Shown piece after piece: positions 62,874 through 64,000 of a stretch of DNA of 64,000 bases (positions are counted from its first letter, which is position 1; every line of letters starts with the position of its first letter). A program made the position numbers and the translations under genes. Source of the stretch: Torpedo marmorata (Eukaryota); assembly GCA_977017645.1 (NCBI GenBank), contig OZ360230.1, positions 78,368,001 to 78,432,000 on the forward strand, in the 5' to 3' direction. The notes under the pieces were generated by a model. It was not told the origin of the DNA. It saw only the letters and a list, made by a program, of their open reading frames with translations, and ran no database searches.

Positions 62874-64000
62874 CAGGTAGTCCTCGACTTACGACCGTAA
62901 TTGGGACCGAAGGAGTGGTCGTAACTCGGATTGGTCGTAAGTCGGATTCATCCTGCCGCACATATCTGCTACCACCCCCACTACCACCACCATCAAACAT
63001 TGTTTTCAGTTTAAAGCCTTGTTTCCAGCTCTAGTTGTTGTATTTACTTGGATTCTGGTCCTAGCTAATTCAAGGTAAACCCATCCTTATGGAACAGCTC
63101 ACCCATCCGAGCTCTTGACGCCCCGACCGCCTGCCCATCCGAGCTCACGACGCACCAGCCACCTGCTCATCAGAGCTCCAGATGCCCTGACCGCCCACCC
63201 ATGCGAGCTCCCGATGCCTCGGCCACCCGCCCACCGGAGCTTCCGATGCCCCCGACCACGGATCCTTGCCTGGGCCGCCTGCCCATCCGAGCTCCCGATG
63301 CACCCGACCGCGGATCCTTGCCTGGGCCGCCTGCCCATCCAAGCTCCCGATGCACCCGACCGCGGATCCTTGCCTGGGCCGCCAGTCCATCCAAGCTCCA
63401 GACGCACCAGCCACCCGCTCATCGGAGCTCCAGACGCCCCGACCTCCCACCCATGCGAGCTCCTAACACCTCAGCAACCCACCCACCGGAGCTCCCGACG
63501 CCCCCAACCACAGATCCTTGCCTAGGCCCCCCGACCGCGGATCCTTGCCTGGGCCGCCTGCCCACCGGAGCTCCCGACGCCCCCACGACCGCAGATCGTT
63601 GCCTGGGCCGCCCGTCTATCCGAGCTTCCCGACGCCCCGAACATGTCTTCGTTACCCATAATCCCCCACGCAGCTGGAACTGCTCTGCATTTCCCTGGCG
63701 CTGGCACTGGCAGAGCGGTTCCAGCTGCGTGGGGGATTATGGGTAACGAAGACGGCCATTGATCCCGCATTGAGCCGCCGCTCCTGCCTGACGCCCGAGT
63801 CCAATGACTACTTCTAACGAGTTTAAACATGCTGCTGAGCAGCGTTAAGCTGTGAGCGTTCAGCGTCGTCGCACACTTTATTATGCGATTTTTATGAACT
63901 TCAAGTAAATACTGTAATAAAGAATTTCAACATATATACAGTACTTTTAATACAAAAAAAATGTTGGTCGTATGTGCGGGTGGACGTAACTCGCGTAGGT
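62874..64000. mobile_element. Tigger-like non-autonomous DNA transposon (right TIR off the window edge)
   Basis: TA then CAGGTAGTCCTCGACTTACGACC; subterminal GGTCGTAA repeats at 62917-62945 and 63965-64000. Confidence 0.8.
63098..63640 (+). repeat. GC-rich minisatellite (52-bp unit with ~31-bp variants) inside the Tigger-like element
   Basis: CACCCGACCGCGGATCCTTGCCTGGGCCGCCTGCCCATCC(G/A)AGCTCCCGATG recurs at 63301 and 63353 with further variants. Confidence 0.92.

Noticed and set aside
63099-63830. Overlapping Pro/Arg/Gly-rich ORFs
   Set aside because: Artefacts of a GC-rich, stop-poor minisatellite
1-64000. A novel multi-gene (operon, defence or CRISPR-type) system
   Set aside because: The DNA is vertebrate and repeat-dominated; every ORF with recognisable motifs is TE-derived and the other short ORFs show no recognisable motifs

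Overview
Eukaryotic (vertebrate) genomic DNA, AT-rich and dominated by transposable elements, with two N gaps. The repeat repertoire (CR1 LINEs, HE1-like V-SINEs, Rex1/Babar LINEs, Penelope elements, a DeuSINE relic) points to a cartilaginous fish (ray/skate/shark); this is an inference. No host protein-coding gene could be recognised; the window looks intronic or intergenic, with two weak splice-signal-only exon candidates. Well-supported elements: a full-length but decayed Gypsy LTR retrotransposon (both LTRs, PBS, PPT, 5-bp TSD), an L1-clade LINE with a 5' inversion and 12-bp TSD, several Rex1/Babar LINEs (one with an unbroken 512-aa RT ORF), a Penelope element with inverted pseudo-LTRs carrying a hammerhead-ribozyme motif, an internally deleted hAT-Charlie transposon, a Chapaev3 derivative, several hAT and Tigger MITEs with TIRs/TSDs, a solo LTR, and an RTE-derived non-autonomous element. 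The most novel-looking items are a 5S rRNA-headed SINE with a Rex1-type tail and a hAT MITE family present both as a palindrome and as a composite dimer that carries a captured spacer. I found no convincing new multi-gene biological system. All family names come from motif recall, not database searches.
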